A DNA stretch of 64,000 bases from Candidatus Latescibacterota bacterium (lineage in GTDB: Bacteria; Latescibacterota; UBA2968; UBA8231). Numbering within the stretch: the first letter of the stretch is position 1; each line of letters opens with the position of its first letter. Positions 9,804 through 19,462 of the stretch are shown piece after piece. The notes beneath the pieces were generated by a model, which was not told the origin of the DNA, did not search any database, and saw only the letters and a program-made list of their open reading frames with translations. The stretch spans positions 5,216,001 through 5,280,000 of the forward strand of contig OZ241867.1 in NCBI GenBank assembly GCA_965203175.1, given 5' to 3'. Both the position numbers and the translations under genes were made by a program.

Positions 9804-10760
9804 GTGCAGATTGTGGTAACAGGTGCCGCAGGTTTTGTGGGATCGCATCTTTGCGAACGGCTAGCGGCCCTTAATTACAACGTGGTTGGCGTCGATTCTT
9901 TCAGCGACCATTACCCGGTCTGGATGAAGGAGCGCAACGCGCGCGAGCTTGCAGATGCGGGGGTGCGGGTCGAGCGGCTGGACTTAGCCTGCGACAAGTT
10001 GGAGGGAGCGCTTGCAGATGCCGAGATAGTATTCCATCTTGCGGCGCAACCCGGCATTGCCGCTCGCGTTCCCCCGGACGCGTACGTTCGCAACAATCTA
10101 GTCGCCACTCACGCATTACTCGAAGCCTGCGCTAGCTGCAAGCGACGGCCTTTCCTAGTCAACATCTCTACGTCTTCGGTATATGGACGTCGTGCCACCG
10201 CAGAAGAGACGGCCGAGCCCGAACCCATCTCCCACTACGGCGAGACAAAACTCGCCGCAGAGCAACTGGCATTGGCGTACTGGCGCGAGCGCAGATTGCC
10301 CGTGTGTTCCATGCGTCTGTTCTCTGTTTACGGCCCGCGCGAGCGCCCAGAAAAACTCTACATGAAATTGATAAGCAGCATCTTACAGGGCGAGGAATTT
10401 CCTCTATACGACGGCAGTCTGTACCACAAGCGCGCCTATACATTTGTGGACGACGCCGTAGCCGGACTCCTTGCTGTACTCGATCATCGAGACCACTGTG
10501 TAGGTGAAATCTTCAATATCGGAGCGGATATCGAGACGACGACAAGGCGCGGGATTGAAATCGTGGAAGAGATTTTGGGCCAGAAGGCTCGCCTGAGAAT
10601 TCTTCCTCCGCGCCCCGGTGATCAGACCCATACGCGGGCCAATATCGACAAGGCGCGAAGTATACTCGGCTTCGCCCCCAACACCGAACTGGAAGACGGC
10701 CTCAATACCCAAATCGCATGGTGTAAGCAACTGTTGGCGGACAGGCACAACGACATATAG
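9804..10760 (+). CDS. NAD-dependent epimerase/dehydratase (UDP-glucuronate 4-epimerase-like)
   Basis: TGAAGFVG, HLAAQPG, STSSVYG, YGETK (YxxxK), RLFSVYGP. Confidence 0.9.
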   Translation: MQIVVTGAAGFVGSHLCERLAALNYNVVGVDSFSDHYPVWMKERNARELADAGVRVERLDLACDKLEGALADAEIVFHLAAQPGIAARVPPDAYVRNNLVATHALLEACASCKRRPFLVNISTSSVYGRRATAEETAEPEPISHYGETKLAAEQLALAYWRERRLPVCSMRLFSVYGPRERPEKLYMKLISSILQGEEFPLYDGSLYHKRAYTFVDDAVAGLLAVLDHRDHCVGEIFNIGADIETTTRRGIEIVEEILGQKARLRILPPRPGDQTHTRANIDKARSILGFAPNTELEDGLNTQIAWCKQLLADRHNDI

Positions 10761-10836
10761 CCCTACGCTATCGAGCACCCCAGTTTTCTCAGGCATTCAC
10801 TATGTGAAGGATGACTTGCGTGTCTCGTGATAGATT

Positions 10837-10867
10837 AGTATGATTTTATAAATATGGAATTCATACT
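10837..10867 (+). promoter_or_regulatory. Inverted repeat operator of the AbrB/PIN toxin-antitoxin pair
   Basis: AGTATGA(10837-10843)...TCATACT(10861-10867) just upstream of the GAGG RBS. Confidence 0.6.
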
Positions 10868-10875
10868 GAGGTCAC

Positions 10876-11091
10876 ATGCGAATATCTGAACGAGGACAAA
10901 TCACCATCCCCAAGAAACTGAGAGACCGCTTCGGAATGAATCCCGACGTCGAGGTTGAGATCACTCCAACAGAGCACGGCCTACTCATTCAGAAACGGAC
11001 CGCATCGAGGCACCCGGTGGAGCGCGTGTACGCCATTCTAAACAAGGGCGGAAGCACAGACGACTACATTGAAGAAATCCGTGGGCGATGA
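10876..11091 (+). CDS. AbrB/MazE/SpoVT-family antitoxin
   Basis: MRISERGQITIPKKLRDRFGM signature; ATGA overlap with the PIN gene. Confidence 0.9.
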   Translation: MRISERGQITIPKKLRDRFGMNPDVEVEITPTEHGLLIQKRTASRHPVERVYAILNKGGSTDDYIEEIRGR

Positions 11092-11483
11092 TCACCGCCG
11101 TCGACACAAGCGTCCTATTGGACGTGTTTCTCCCCGACGAGCGTCACGGCCCCCGGTCGAAGGAGTTGCTGCGGCACGCCTATGACAGAGGGGCCGTTCT
11201 CGTCTGTGACGTGGTCTACGCGGAACTCGTTCCGGCGTTTGGTGACCGGGCCACGCTCGACGGAGCGCTGCGAGAGATTAGCGCGACAATCTCACCCATC
11301 GATACCGATATTGCTTACGAAGCCGGGCAACGCTGGTCGCGCTACCGGCAGGCCGGCGGACCCAGAGATCGGATCATTACCGACTTTTTGATCGGTGCCC
11401 ACGCCGTTGTTAAAGCCGAAACCTTTCTCACCCGGGATCGCGGCTTCTACTCGACCTACTTCCCGGAATTGCATAGCGGGTAA
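11088..11483 (+). CDS. vapC: PIN-domain (VapC) toxin
   Basis: VDTSVLLD, VYAEL, DFLIGAHA, LTRDRGFY acidic PIN motifs. Confidence 0.9.
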   Translation: MITAVDTSVLLDVFLPDERHGPRSKELLRHAYDRGAVLVCDVVYAELVPAFGDRATLDGALREISATISPIDTDIAYEAGQRWSRYRQAGGPRDRIITDFLIGAHAVVKAETFLTRDRGFYSTYFPELHSG

Positions 11484-11528
11484 GGTTCCACCCTCTATGG
11501 CGTTTTCAATCGCAGCACCACCCAAGTG

Positions 11529-13826
11529 CTAGTACGCCACCGCGACCACGCGCCGCCTGCTGTAGCTTTCCTCATCGCCTTCGACGCGCAATTCCGCCAC
11601 GTACAACCCTAGCGCGACCCGCGTATCCCAACGTCCCCTGCCATCCCAAACCCAAACCCGACCACCAGCCTCGCCCTCCTCTTCCCGCACCCACACCAAC
11701 CGCCCCGCAAGGTCGAAAATCCGCAGGCCGATCCGCCGCGCGGCCAAGACATTGACCAAGTCGAATCCCACTCGCAACGCGTCGTTGATCCCGTCGCCGT
11801 TGGGCGTCAACGCCAGCGGCCCTATCGCCACGTTGGCCAACAGCCGCGCTCCCACGGGTAAGCGCACGGCATTTGTGCTACTAGCGACCTCCGCGTACGC
11901 GTCGCCCGCATCCACCCGCTGCCGCAACAGCGAGTCAGCAGGGCCTTGGGCGATAAAGGCGTCAAAACGCGTGGCATCGACAAACACGGTTCCGGCAAAG
12001 CGCAATTCCACTAGCTGACGGCTCTTGACCGGCGCGGCCAAGGCGATGGCCACCCCCCCTTCCGTCGGTGTCGGCGTCGCCTCTACTACCTCGCCCTCCA
12101 CCAACACCGCCACAAACTCAATCGGCGCGGAACTCTCCACCTCCAAGTGGTCAAAGCCACGGCCCGCCACCCGCTGCGGACGAATGTAATAGGCAAACTC
12201 GGTCCGCTCCCCAGGCTGCACTTCGACCGGAAAGATCTCCCCCACCACTTCTTGCGCCACTGGATCGCCAAACTCGATCTCCAGCCAATCTAAGGCCGCC
12301 CCCACATCCGACCGCTCGGACACCAAGGCGACATCCAACTCGGCGTATTGTCGCGGCGAGGGAGACGCGAATGGCTCGCCCGGCTGCAAGTACAGCTTGC
12401 TCCACGGACTCCAATTGGCCCCCGGCGAAAGCGCGGTGTCGATCCGGCCCTTAAAGGACGGGATGAGCTTGTTGTACTTCCGCTCGGTGACGACCCGGCC
12501 ATTTTTGTCGTGATAGGTGATGTCCATTTGCAGGTCATTGCCCGTGCGGCTGCGCACCTCCACCCGCGTCCCAGCGGGCGCGTCGGCCCGCCAGCGAATC
12601 GCGTGTACCTGCTTGTCGCCGCCGAGGTCAATCAGGGGCGAGGATAGCATCACCCGCTGCGGATAGCCCTCGCCAAAGATCTGCAACTCGCGCGTGCCAC
12701 CCCAAAACTGACAGGGCGGCACAATGCCGCAGCCCACGCAAGCGGCCGCGCAGGCCGCATCCCAAAACACCCATTCGACCCGCACGTAGCGCGTCCTGAT
12801 CGGCGCAAAGTGGTGGTTGGCGATCCCCAGCCGACGATTGGATGCCGTAGCTTTACCCGCGAATTGCCGGTGCCAGATGCGCGTGCCATTCGGCGCCAGC
12901 GACCCATCCGAGGTCAGCACCTCGTAGCGGTCAAAGTTGAAGCGGAATTGCCCGGGCCGCGACAAAAAATTCCCCACGATGCGCACCAAATCCACCCAAT
13001 AGACCGCGCCCAAGTCCAAGGTCATGCGCGAGATCACATCAACCGGGCGATTGATGCGGCGATTCTCCGTCCACAGAGAGAACCGGCCGTCGGCCAGCGG
13101 CAGCGAGTTGGCAAACGACGCAGCATCGCCAAAACCGTCGATATCGACGATGATTTCCAAGTCCCCGCCCTTGGCCGCCAGATCCAAGGAGAGATTGTCG
13201 CCGATGGCTTCGACCTCCACTTCGGCCAGCGCGGCTCCGGCTCCACAGTCGAGCATTTCGACGCGGATAAATTGCACAAACGGATCGCGCACTGGGTCCA
13301 GATCCAACGCGATCTGCTGCCGCTGATTTTCCTTGAAGCGCTCCTTCACGCGGTACACGAGGCTGCCTTCAATGGGGTTGCCGACCACGTCAATGGCTGG
13401 CTCGCCAGTGGAAAGCAACACGTCGAACAGCGCGCACGGCGGCGCACTCGCCAAAAAACTCAGCGCTACCCGGCGCGCGGCTACGGCTCGTCCCAAGTCG
13501 ACCTCGATCCACCAATCGTCGGGATCGTCGGCCAAGTCGGGACTCCAACCGGTCAGCCGATCCCCGTCAATGGCCCGCGCCGCAGCTAGCGCATTGGAGC
13601 CAGCCGCGCGAATCCCGCCGCCAAAGGCCGCGGCATCGCGCACTGGATCGACGTTTTTGCGGATTTCGACCGGACGGATGATCCCAGCGTCGTCGAGCGC
13701 AACTATCCCCAGCGGCAAGCGCCAAGTCCGCCACTCATCAGCCGCGTCAAAGCGGAGTTGCTCGGCGGCCAGCGAACCGGCTAGCCATAGCACAGCGACG
13801 GCGTGGAGGAATACTTTGCAACCCAT
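11529..13826 (-). CDS. Exported discoidin-like + C-terminal FlgD-Ig domain protein (subtype A)
   Basis: Real start ATG 13826 (AGGAGA RBS, signal peptide MGCKVFLHAVAVLWLAGSLAA); AIDGD...WIEVDLG; WSPWS; TPNGDGIND...WDGR...VVAVAY. Confidence 0.75.
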   Translation of the reverse strand: MGCKVFLHAVAVLWLAGSLAAEQLRFDAADEWRTWRLPLGIVALDDAGIIRPVEIRKNVDPVRDAAAFGGGIRAAGSNALAAARAIDGDRLTGWSPDLADDPDDWWIEVDLGRAVAARRVALSFLASAPPCALFDVLLSTGEPAIDVVGNPIEGSLVYRVKERFKENQRQQIALDLDPVRDPFVQFIRVEMLDCGAGAALAEVEVEAIGDNLSLDLAAKGGDLEIIVDIDGFGDAASFANSLPLADGRFSLWTENRRINRPVDVISRMTLDLGAVYWVDLVRIVGNFLSRPGQFRFNFDRYEVLTSDGSLAPNGTRIWHRQFAGKATASNRRLGIANHHFAPIRTRYVRVEWVFWDAACAAACVGCGIVPPCQFWGGTRELQIFGEGYPQRVMLSSPLIDLGGDKQVHAIRWRADAPAGTRVEVRSRTGNDLQMDITYHDKNGRVVTERKYNKLIPSFKGRIDTALSPGANWSPWSKLYLQPGEPFASPSPRQYAELDVALVSERSDVGAALDWLEIEFGDPVAQEVVGEIFPVEVQPGERTEFAYYIRPQRVAGRGFDHLEVESSAPIEFVAVLVEGEVVEATPTPTEGGVAIALAAPVKSRQLVELRFAGTVFVDATRFDAFIAQGPADSLLRQRVDAGDAYAEVASSTNAVRLPVGARLLANVAIGPLALTPNGDGINDALRVGFDLVNVLAARRIGLRIFDLAGRLVWVREEEGEAGGRVWVWDGRGRWDTRVALGLYVAELRVEGDEESYSRRRVVAVAY

Positions 13827-14006
13827 GGTGTCTCCTATGGCATCGGTCGCCTCGGCTGGCGTTTCCCCCCGCAAGCGACGCGAAGCCATAGTATATCGAA
13901 TCGCACTTCTCCCTCCAATCTGCGCTTGCCTCTTATACATGGCCCTTGTTATTGTAGAGACAACACTGCGTCGTCCACCAACCGCGCACCCATTGGAGGA
14001 AAAACC

Positions 14007-15020
14007 ATGCCCGCGCTCACCCCCAGCCAACTCGACCACTTTGCCAGCGAAGGCTACGTCGTCGTCAAAGGCGTCCTCGACCCAGTCACCACCCTCGACC
14101 CAGTCATCGACGAATACGCCACGGTCCTCGACAGCTTGGCCGACGATCTCTACGCTCAAGGTGAAATTACCTCGCGCTACGAAGAGCTCGAGTTTGGCGA
14201 CCGCTACATCCAGATCTGCGTTGAAACCGGCCGCATCCACAGCCAGTACTTCGACTTCTCACTGCCCTTCCAAAACGTCCAGCCCGACACTCCCTTCTGG
14301 GCCGGGCCAGCCGTCTTCCGCGCCTTCACCGACCCGAACCTGCTCGACGTCGTCGAGTCGCTGATTGGCCCGGAAATCTACTCCAACCCCGTCCAGCACG
14401 TGCGCATCAAACCACCCGAGCACTACCTGCCCAAAAACCAACACGGCAACCCCATCCTCGGCGCGACCCAATGGCACCAAGACCACGGCGTCGTCACCGA
14501 AGAGGCGGACGATACGCAGATGCTGACCATATGGTTCTCGCTCCAAGACACGCCCATCGAGAAAGGGCCACTGATGGTCGCGCCCGGCTCGCACAAAAGC
14601 GGACTGCTGCCGCACTGCTCCAACTACATGGACAACGCACCCCAATTCGCAGGTGCGACCCAAGTGCCGGAAAAGCTCTTTGCGGCCGAGCGGGCCATCC
14701 CCGTGCCGGTCGAGCGCGGCGACGTCATCTGCGTCCACAAGCAGACCGTCCACGGCTCCTATCCCAACGTCAGCGACGAGGTCCGCTGGAGCTTTGACCT
14801 GCGTTACAATCCCACCGACCAGCCCACCGGACGCATCGCCTTCCCCGGGTTTGTCGCGCGCAGCCGCCGCGATCCAGACAGTGAGTTGCGCGACCCAGCC
14901 GAGTGGCACCGACTGTGGCTGGAGGCGCGGGCCAAAATGGCGACCGTCAACCAAGACGGCCAGATCGACGTCCCCTTCCGCCGCGAGCAAATGGAAATGG
15001 CGCATCCCCTATGTGCCTAA
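14007..15020 (+). CDS. Phytanoyl-CoA dioxygenase (PhyH) family Fe/2OG oxygenase
   Basis: Start ATG 14007 after GGAGG; TQWHQD, PGSHK, VHGS, RWSFDLRY. Confidence 0.88.
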   Translation: MPALTPSQLDHFASEGYVVVKGVLDPVTTLDPVIDEYATVLDSLADDLYAQGEITSRYEELEFGDRYIQICVETGRIHSQYFDFSLPFQNVQPDTPFWAGPAVFRAFTDPNLLDVVESLIGPEIYSNPVQHVRIKPPEHYLPKNQHGNPILGATQWHQDHGVVTEEADDTQMLTIWFSLQDTPIEKGPLMVAPGSHKSGLLPHCSNYMDNAPQFAGATQVPEKLFAAERAIPVPVERGDVICVHKQTVHGSYPNVSDEVRWSFDLRYNPTDQPTGRIAFPGFVARSRRDPDSELRDPAEWHRLWLEARAKMATVNQDGQIDVPFRREQMEMAHPLCA

Positions 15021-15025
15021 ACGCC

Positions 15026-16054
15026 ATGCAGCCATTCGACAGCTACGCCGACTTACTCACCTGTATCCAAGACAACGGCCACACTCCACAAATCCTCGGC
15101 CGCGCGCCCGACGGCCAGCCCATTGTCGCAGTCAAGAGCGGCGGCGACAAAACACCGGCCATTTTCATCAGCGCCGGTAGCCACTCCACCGAACAAGCTG
15201 GCGTCAGCGCGGCCTACGCCCTCATCGACGAGATCGAGACCGAGCACCAGCTCTACACCATTCCCAGCCGCGACCCCATCGGCATGAACGGCCTCGCCTA
15301 CGCGCTCAGCCTGAGCCTAGACGAAGCCCCGAATCTCGGCGGCCTCGACGACGTCGCTCCCTTGCTCAGAAAGCGCGGCGAAGCCCTCTATGAAGAAGGC
15401 GATACCGTGGTCGCCCTGATCGGCGAGTACGGCTACGCAACAAGCAACCTGTACAACCATCCAGTCGGGGACTGGATCGAAGCGCTCAAGGGCCGTCGGC
15501 TCTACTTTCCCGCCAGCAATCCCGGCATCGAACGCGCGTACACGCTGGTAATTGACCCCGCCGGCGAAGTCCTCCACCTCAACCGCTTCCACGACACCTC
15601 TTGGGCACCCGTCGAATCGCGCTGCACCCGCGACCTAATGGCCGCCATACAGCCCGGTTTGACGCTGGACCTCCACGAGCACGGCGGCGATTTCTTCTGG
15701 TTTTCGGCGCGGCACCAGCGCACTCCCAGCGACCAACAGTGGGAGGAGACCATGTCCAGCGAGATGATCGCCGCGGTCGCGGCCTCTGGCGCGCCCCTCG
15801 CCCCAGACAATTATTTGCCCGGATCTTTTTTCACCAAGGGGCCGCGCAGCGTCTTCTGGCTCAATCCCCAGCAGCGCGGCGAGGGCCTCAACCTCGCCGA
15901 CTTTGCCGCGCACACCTACGGCTTGGCCTTCACCATTGAGACCGGCATGGAACTGCCCTTTGCCGAGCGGGTCCACACCGCAAAGATCGTCGTGCAAAAG
16001 GCCGTCGAGGTCTTTGCAAGACGCCACGCCGGATGCCCGTCGGCCACGCCCTAA
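15026..16054 (+). CDS. M14-family zinc carboxypeptidase/desuccinylase-like hydrolase
   Basis: GSHSTE (HxxE), LNR, LDLHEH, FTIET; start inferred at 15026. Confidence 0.7.
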   Translation: MQPFDSYADLLTCIQDNGHTPQILGRAPDGQPIVAVKSGGDKTPAIFISAGSHSTEQAGVSAAYALIDEIETEHQLYTIPSRDPIGMNGLAYALSLSLDEAPNLGGLDDVAPLLRKRGEALYEEGDTVVALIGEYGYATSNLYNHPVGDWIEALKGRRLYFPASNPGIERAYTLVIDPAGEVLHLNRFHDTSWAPVESRCTRDLMAAIQPGLTLDLHEHGGDFFWFSARHQRTPSDQQWEETMSSEMIAAVAASGAPLAPDNYLPGSFFTKGPRSVFWLNPQQRGEGLNLADFAAHTYGLAFTIETGMELPFAERVHTAKIVVQKAVEVFARRHAGCPSATP

Positions 16055-17289
16055 GCCGCTTTCGGCTGCGGGAGTTCAACCGCAATGTCCGGCTGTTTTT
16101 CGCTTTTGGCACCTCGATCAACGCCGGCATGGCGCTTTTTTCCCTGCTGTACAACCTCTATCTACTGCGCCTGAGCTATCAAGAGGACTTCATCGGCCAA
16201 GTCGCCAGCATGGCACCGTTGGCGAGCGGCCTATTGGCGATACCCACCGGCATCCTGAGCGACCGCCTCGGCCGTAAGCCCTTTCTCATAGCCTCGGGCC
16301 TGCTGCTGGCCATCTCCCAGTTGGGGCTGTGCTTGACCACGTCGCCGGGCGCGCTGCTGGCGTTCTCATTTGTCGGCGGCGTGGCCATGGCTTTCGTCTG
16401 GGTCAACCACGTACCCTTCCTCTCGGATAACGCCCACCCCGCGCGCCGCGCCGAAGCCCTCGCCATCTGGTCGGCCTTGCAAATAATCGTCCGCATGCTC
16501 TTGAGCCTAATCGGCGGATTCATGCCCGGGGTCATGGGCTACTTCCTCGGCCTTTCCACCGAGGTTCCTGACCCCTTCCGCTATGCGCTGTTCTTCGGCG
16601 CGGCTTTTTCGCTCATCGCCGTCGTGCCGCTGCTGTACGCATCTGGTCAAACCCGCCGCGAAAGAGCACCCGCGCCAACCCAGTCGCCGGATGAGAACGA
16701 GCCAACGACCTCGCCGTGGCGCGTCTTTGCCGCCATTACCGCCCTGAGCGGCACGCGCGGTTTCTCCATGGGGCTGACGTACCCGTTCTTCAACGTGTTC
16801 TTCGAGGCCGAGCTGGGCGTCGGGCCGGCTGCGATCGGCGCAATCTTCTTCCTCAGCCAACTCGCCGGCCTACCAGCGACCTTTGCCGCGCCAACGCTAG
16901 TGCGCCGCTTCGGGCCGACCTTGACCATTCTCCCAGCCCGCACCATGGGCGGCAGTGCCCTCGGGATCATGGGAGCCTTTATTAGTCTGCCGGTGGCCGT
17001 GCCCATGTTCCTACTCGCGCGCATCGGCGAAGTCATCGACAACCCGTCCGACCAGCACTTCTCTACCCAAGTGCTGCCTCGGCGCTTCTGGGCCCGGATC
17101 CAAGGTCTCCGCGTCTGCGGCTTCCAGATTTTGAGTTTCTTCGGCAGCCTCATCGGCGGCACGCTCATCCTCGACTATGGCTACGGGGCCGTCTTTGGCT
17201 TGGCCTGCGCGTCGCGGGTTGCCAGCGGCCTGATCATGGCGGCTTTTTTCGGGCTGCGGCCAGCGCGGTCTCTTGCAGGCGAGCGCTAG
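16033..17289 (+). CDS. MFS transporter
   Basis: 12 hydrophobic segments; GILSDRLGRK MFS motif A. Confidence 0.9.
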   Translation: MPVGHALSRFRLREFNRNVRLFFAFGTSINAGMALFSLLYNLYLLRLSYQEDFIGQVASMAPLASGLLAIPTGILSDRLGRKPFLIASGLLLAISQLGLCLTTSPGALLAFSFVGGVAMAFVWVNHVPFLSDNAHPARRAEALAIWSALQIIVRMLLSLIGGFMPGVMGYFLGLSTEVPDPFRYALFFGAAFSLIAVVPLLYASGQTRRERAPAPTQSPDENEPTTSPWRVFAAITALSGTRGFSMGLTYPFFNVFFEAELGVGPAAIGAIFFLSQLAGLPATFAAPTLVRRFGPTLTILPARTMGGSALGIMGAFISLPVAVPMFLLARIGEVIDNPSDQHFSTQVLPRRFWARIQGLRVCGFQILSFFGSLIGGTLILDYGYGAVFGLACASRVASGLIMAAFFGLRPARSLAGER

Positions 17290-17373
17290 TACAGAAATCT
17301 AATCACCCACAACTCGCTAGAGTGCTTCCCGCACAACGACGAAGTTTCTATTGACACAGGCGCTCGGTTCTGG

Positions 17374-17442
17374 TAGTGGTTAGTGATTAGCAATCAGAGG
17401 TTAATAGGAGAGTGCTGTTGGCGACTAACCACTAACTGCTGA
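17374..17442. repeat. Heptamer-based inverted repeat (hairpin element)
   Basis: TAGTGGTTAGT (17374-17384) and its perfect complement ACTAACCACTA (17424-17434), embedded in degenerate 7-mer runs. Confidence 0.55.
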
Positions 17443-17467
17443 TGAAAATCCCCACAAGAGGTCCCCC

Positions 17468-19432
17468 ATGCGATATGCGTTCGCTCTTGCATTAGTGCTA
17501 AGCGGTCTATCGGCGCGCTCATGGGCAGTAGATGAGTTTCGCCTCGGCGACACAGAGCCGTGGGCGACGTGGACCGGGCAACTGCGGATGATGGACGACG
17601 CTACCGACCCATCCGCACTCCAGCCGCGAGAACTCAAGCCCGGCGAAAACTTGCTCCCCCAATTGGGGCCTTGGTATCGCTGGCGCTCCCCCGGAGAATC
17701 CACGTATCGCTCGGGCGATGTCCGCATCTGGCGCGGCATCAACTACCTTCGCCCACGCGCCGAGCCACGCGACTTTATCGATGGCGACCCCGCGACCTTC
17801 TTTGCGGCGCAATCCTACTCCGAGTACAACGAATTCTACACCATTGACCTCGGCGTATCCGCGCCAGTGGATCGCTTTGCGTTCTATCCACCCGAGGGCC
17901 GCGACGCGCTCACCCAAGAGCCGTATCGCCCCAACTTCGCCTTTGCCAAATACGAACTCTCCGGCAGCCTCGATCCAGTCGGTGTCGCAAAGGAAGAAGG
18001 TACCCACTACCGGCCTTTGGACATCCTGCTAGCCAGCGTCGATCTGAACACCGAAGCCGTCGTAAATATCGAGTTCCCACTGCAATACCTGCGCTTTCTG
18101 CGCATTTACTTCTTACCAGACAGCGGCTCGTTCTACGCCAAGTTCGCCTTGGCCGAGCTAGAGGTGTCCGGCCGGGGATTCCCGCCGCAGGCCGTGTGGA
18201 CGTCGCAAGTGATCGATTTAGGGCAAACAGTCAACATTGGGCACGTGCGCTTTGGCGCGAGCAAGTGGCGGCGCGAAGGCGACCAACTCGCGGCTGCGCC
18301 CGATGCACCCACATCCGCGCAAGTAGAAATCAAAACCGGCCTAGACCCCACCCCCACTGGCTATCACGGATACGACGACATCGGCCAGCTCGTGGAAGTA
18401 ACGCAAAGCGCATACGAACGGCTCAAGCAGCGCACCTGGCCTTGGGATCCCCCGGCCGTGGGCTGGCGCGGCCCCATCATCGACGACGCGGACAACTGGA
18501 GCTTTTGGTCGCCGCCGCTGCGCCGTTCCGGCGAGTCGCCCCGAGTGCCGAGCGGCCGCTACCTGCAGTTGCGCGTGACCTTAGCAACCGAAACACTGTG
18601 GGATTTTACGCGCTTGGATTCGCTGGCGATTGCGCATTCTCCACTGCTGGCCGAGCGGGTGGTAGGCGAGATAGCTGCGGCCAGCAACCTACAGCCCATA
18701 GGCCATATCGCCGAGGTGCCAGCCGGGCAAAAGATCGAGTTGGTCTGCGACCTGCGGGCCGAGTTCACGGCGGAACAAGCCGGTTTTGACGCGGTGCGTT
18801 TAGCCCTGCCCAGCGCGGGTGCCCTGCTCGGCTTGGAGATGGGCGATCCCCTGCAGTCAGTGAGTGCCGACAGCGTAATCACCGAACCCGAGGGCCTAGC
18901 GATCTACTTGCCCGAACCCATTCACGACGGAGGCGCACAGACGCTGCGCTTGCACTTGGAAACCGTCATGTACACGGCCTCAAACACTGTGCAAGCCGAG
19001 GTGTTTTCACGCTCCGGGCAGATTCTGCCGCAGCAAGTAGAAGGAGGGGACGCCAGCGACGCCTTGGGCACGGATCAACTGCGCATGGTCGCCATCGGCC
19101 GGGCGTTGGATGAGGTGTTGGGCGCGATAGAGGTGCAGCCGACCGCGTTCACCCCGCAGGGCGACGGCATCAACGACCACGTAACGATCCAGTACAACTT
19201 GTTCCGCTTGCTAGCTCCCGCCGAGGTAGAGTTAGAAATCTACGCGCTCGACGGCCGCTCCACGTGGCGGCAAGCCCTCGGTGTACAGCTCAACGGGCAC
19301 CATCGTGCAATGTGGAATGGGCGCGACGCAGAAGACCAACTCGTCGCACCCGGGATATACGTCGTGCAAGTGCGCGCCCAAACGGACCAAGGGCAATGGA
19401 CGCAGGAACGCAGCCTCGCCGTGGTCTATTGA
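17468..19432 (+). CDS. Exported discoidin-like + C-terminal FlgD-Ig domain protein (subtype B)
   Basis: Signal peptide; FIDGD, TIDLG, NWSFWS, RYLQ; TPQGDGIND...WNGRD...LAVVY. Confidence 0.75.
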   Translation: MRYAFALALVLSGLSARSWAVDEFRLGDTEPWATWTGQLRMMDDATDPSALQPRELKPGENLLPQLGPWYRWRSPGESTYRSGDVRIWRGINYLRPRAEPRDFIDGDPATFFAAQSYSEYNEFYTIDLGVSAPVDRFAFYPPEGRDALTQEPYRPNFAFAKYELSGSLDPVGVAKEEGTHYRPLDILLASVDLNTEAVVNIEFPLQYLRFLRIYFLPDSGSFYAKFALAELEVSGRGFPPQAVWTSQVIDLGQTVNIGHVRFGASKWRREGDQLAAAPDAPTSAQVEIKTGLDPTPTGYHGYDDIGQLVEVTQSAYERLKQRTWPWDPPAVGWRGPIIDDADNWSFWSPPLRRSGESPRVPSGRYLQLRVTLATETLWDFTRLDSLAIAHSPLLAERVVGEIAAASNLQPIGHIAEVPAGQKIELVCDLRAEFTAEQAGFDAVRLALPSAGALLGLEMGDPLQSVSADSVITEPEGLAIYLPEPIHDGGAQTLRLHLETVMYTASNTVQAEVFSRSGQILPQQVEGGDASDALGTDQLRMVAIGRALDEVLGAIEVQPTAFTPQGDGINDHVTIQYNLFRLLAPAEVELEIYALDGRSTWRQALGVQLNGHHRAMWNGRDAEDQLVAPGIYVVQVRAQTDQGQWTQERSLAVVY

Positions 19433-19462
19433 AACGCGCTTTTTACCTCGCAATCACCAAGT

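Noticed and set aside
13827-14240. N-terminal extension of the 903-aa ORF (also the extensions at 27669-27803 and 29696-29854)
   Set aside because: The first two overlap neighbouring genes and the third lies in the intergenic gap; in each case a signal peptide (with an RBS at 13826 and 27668) points to the downstream ATG.
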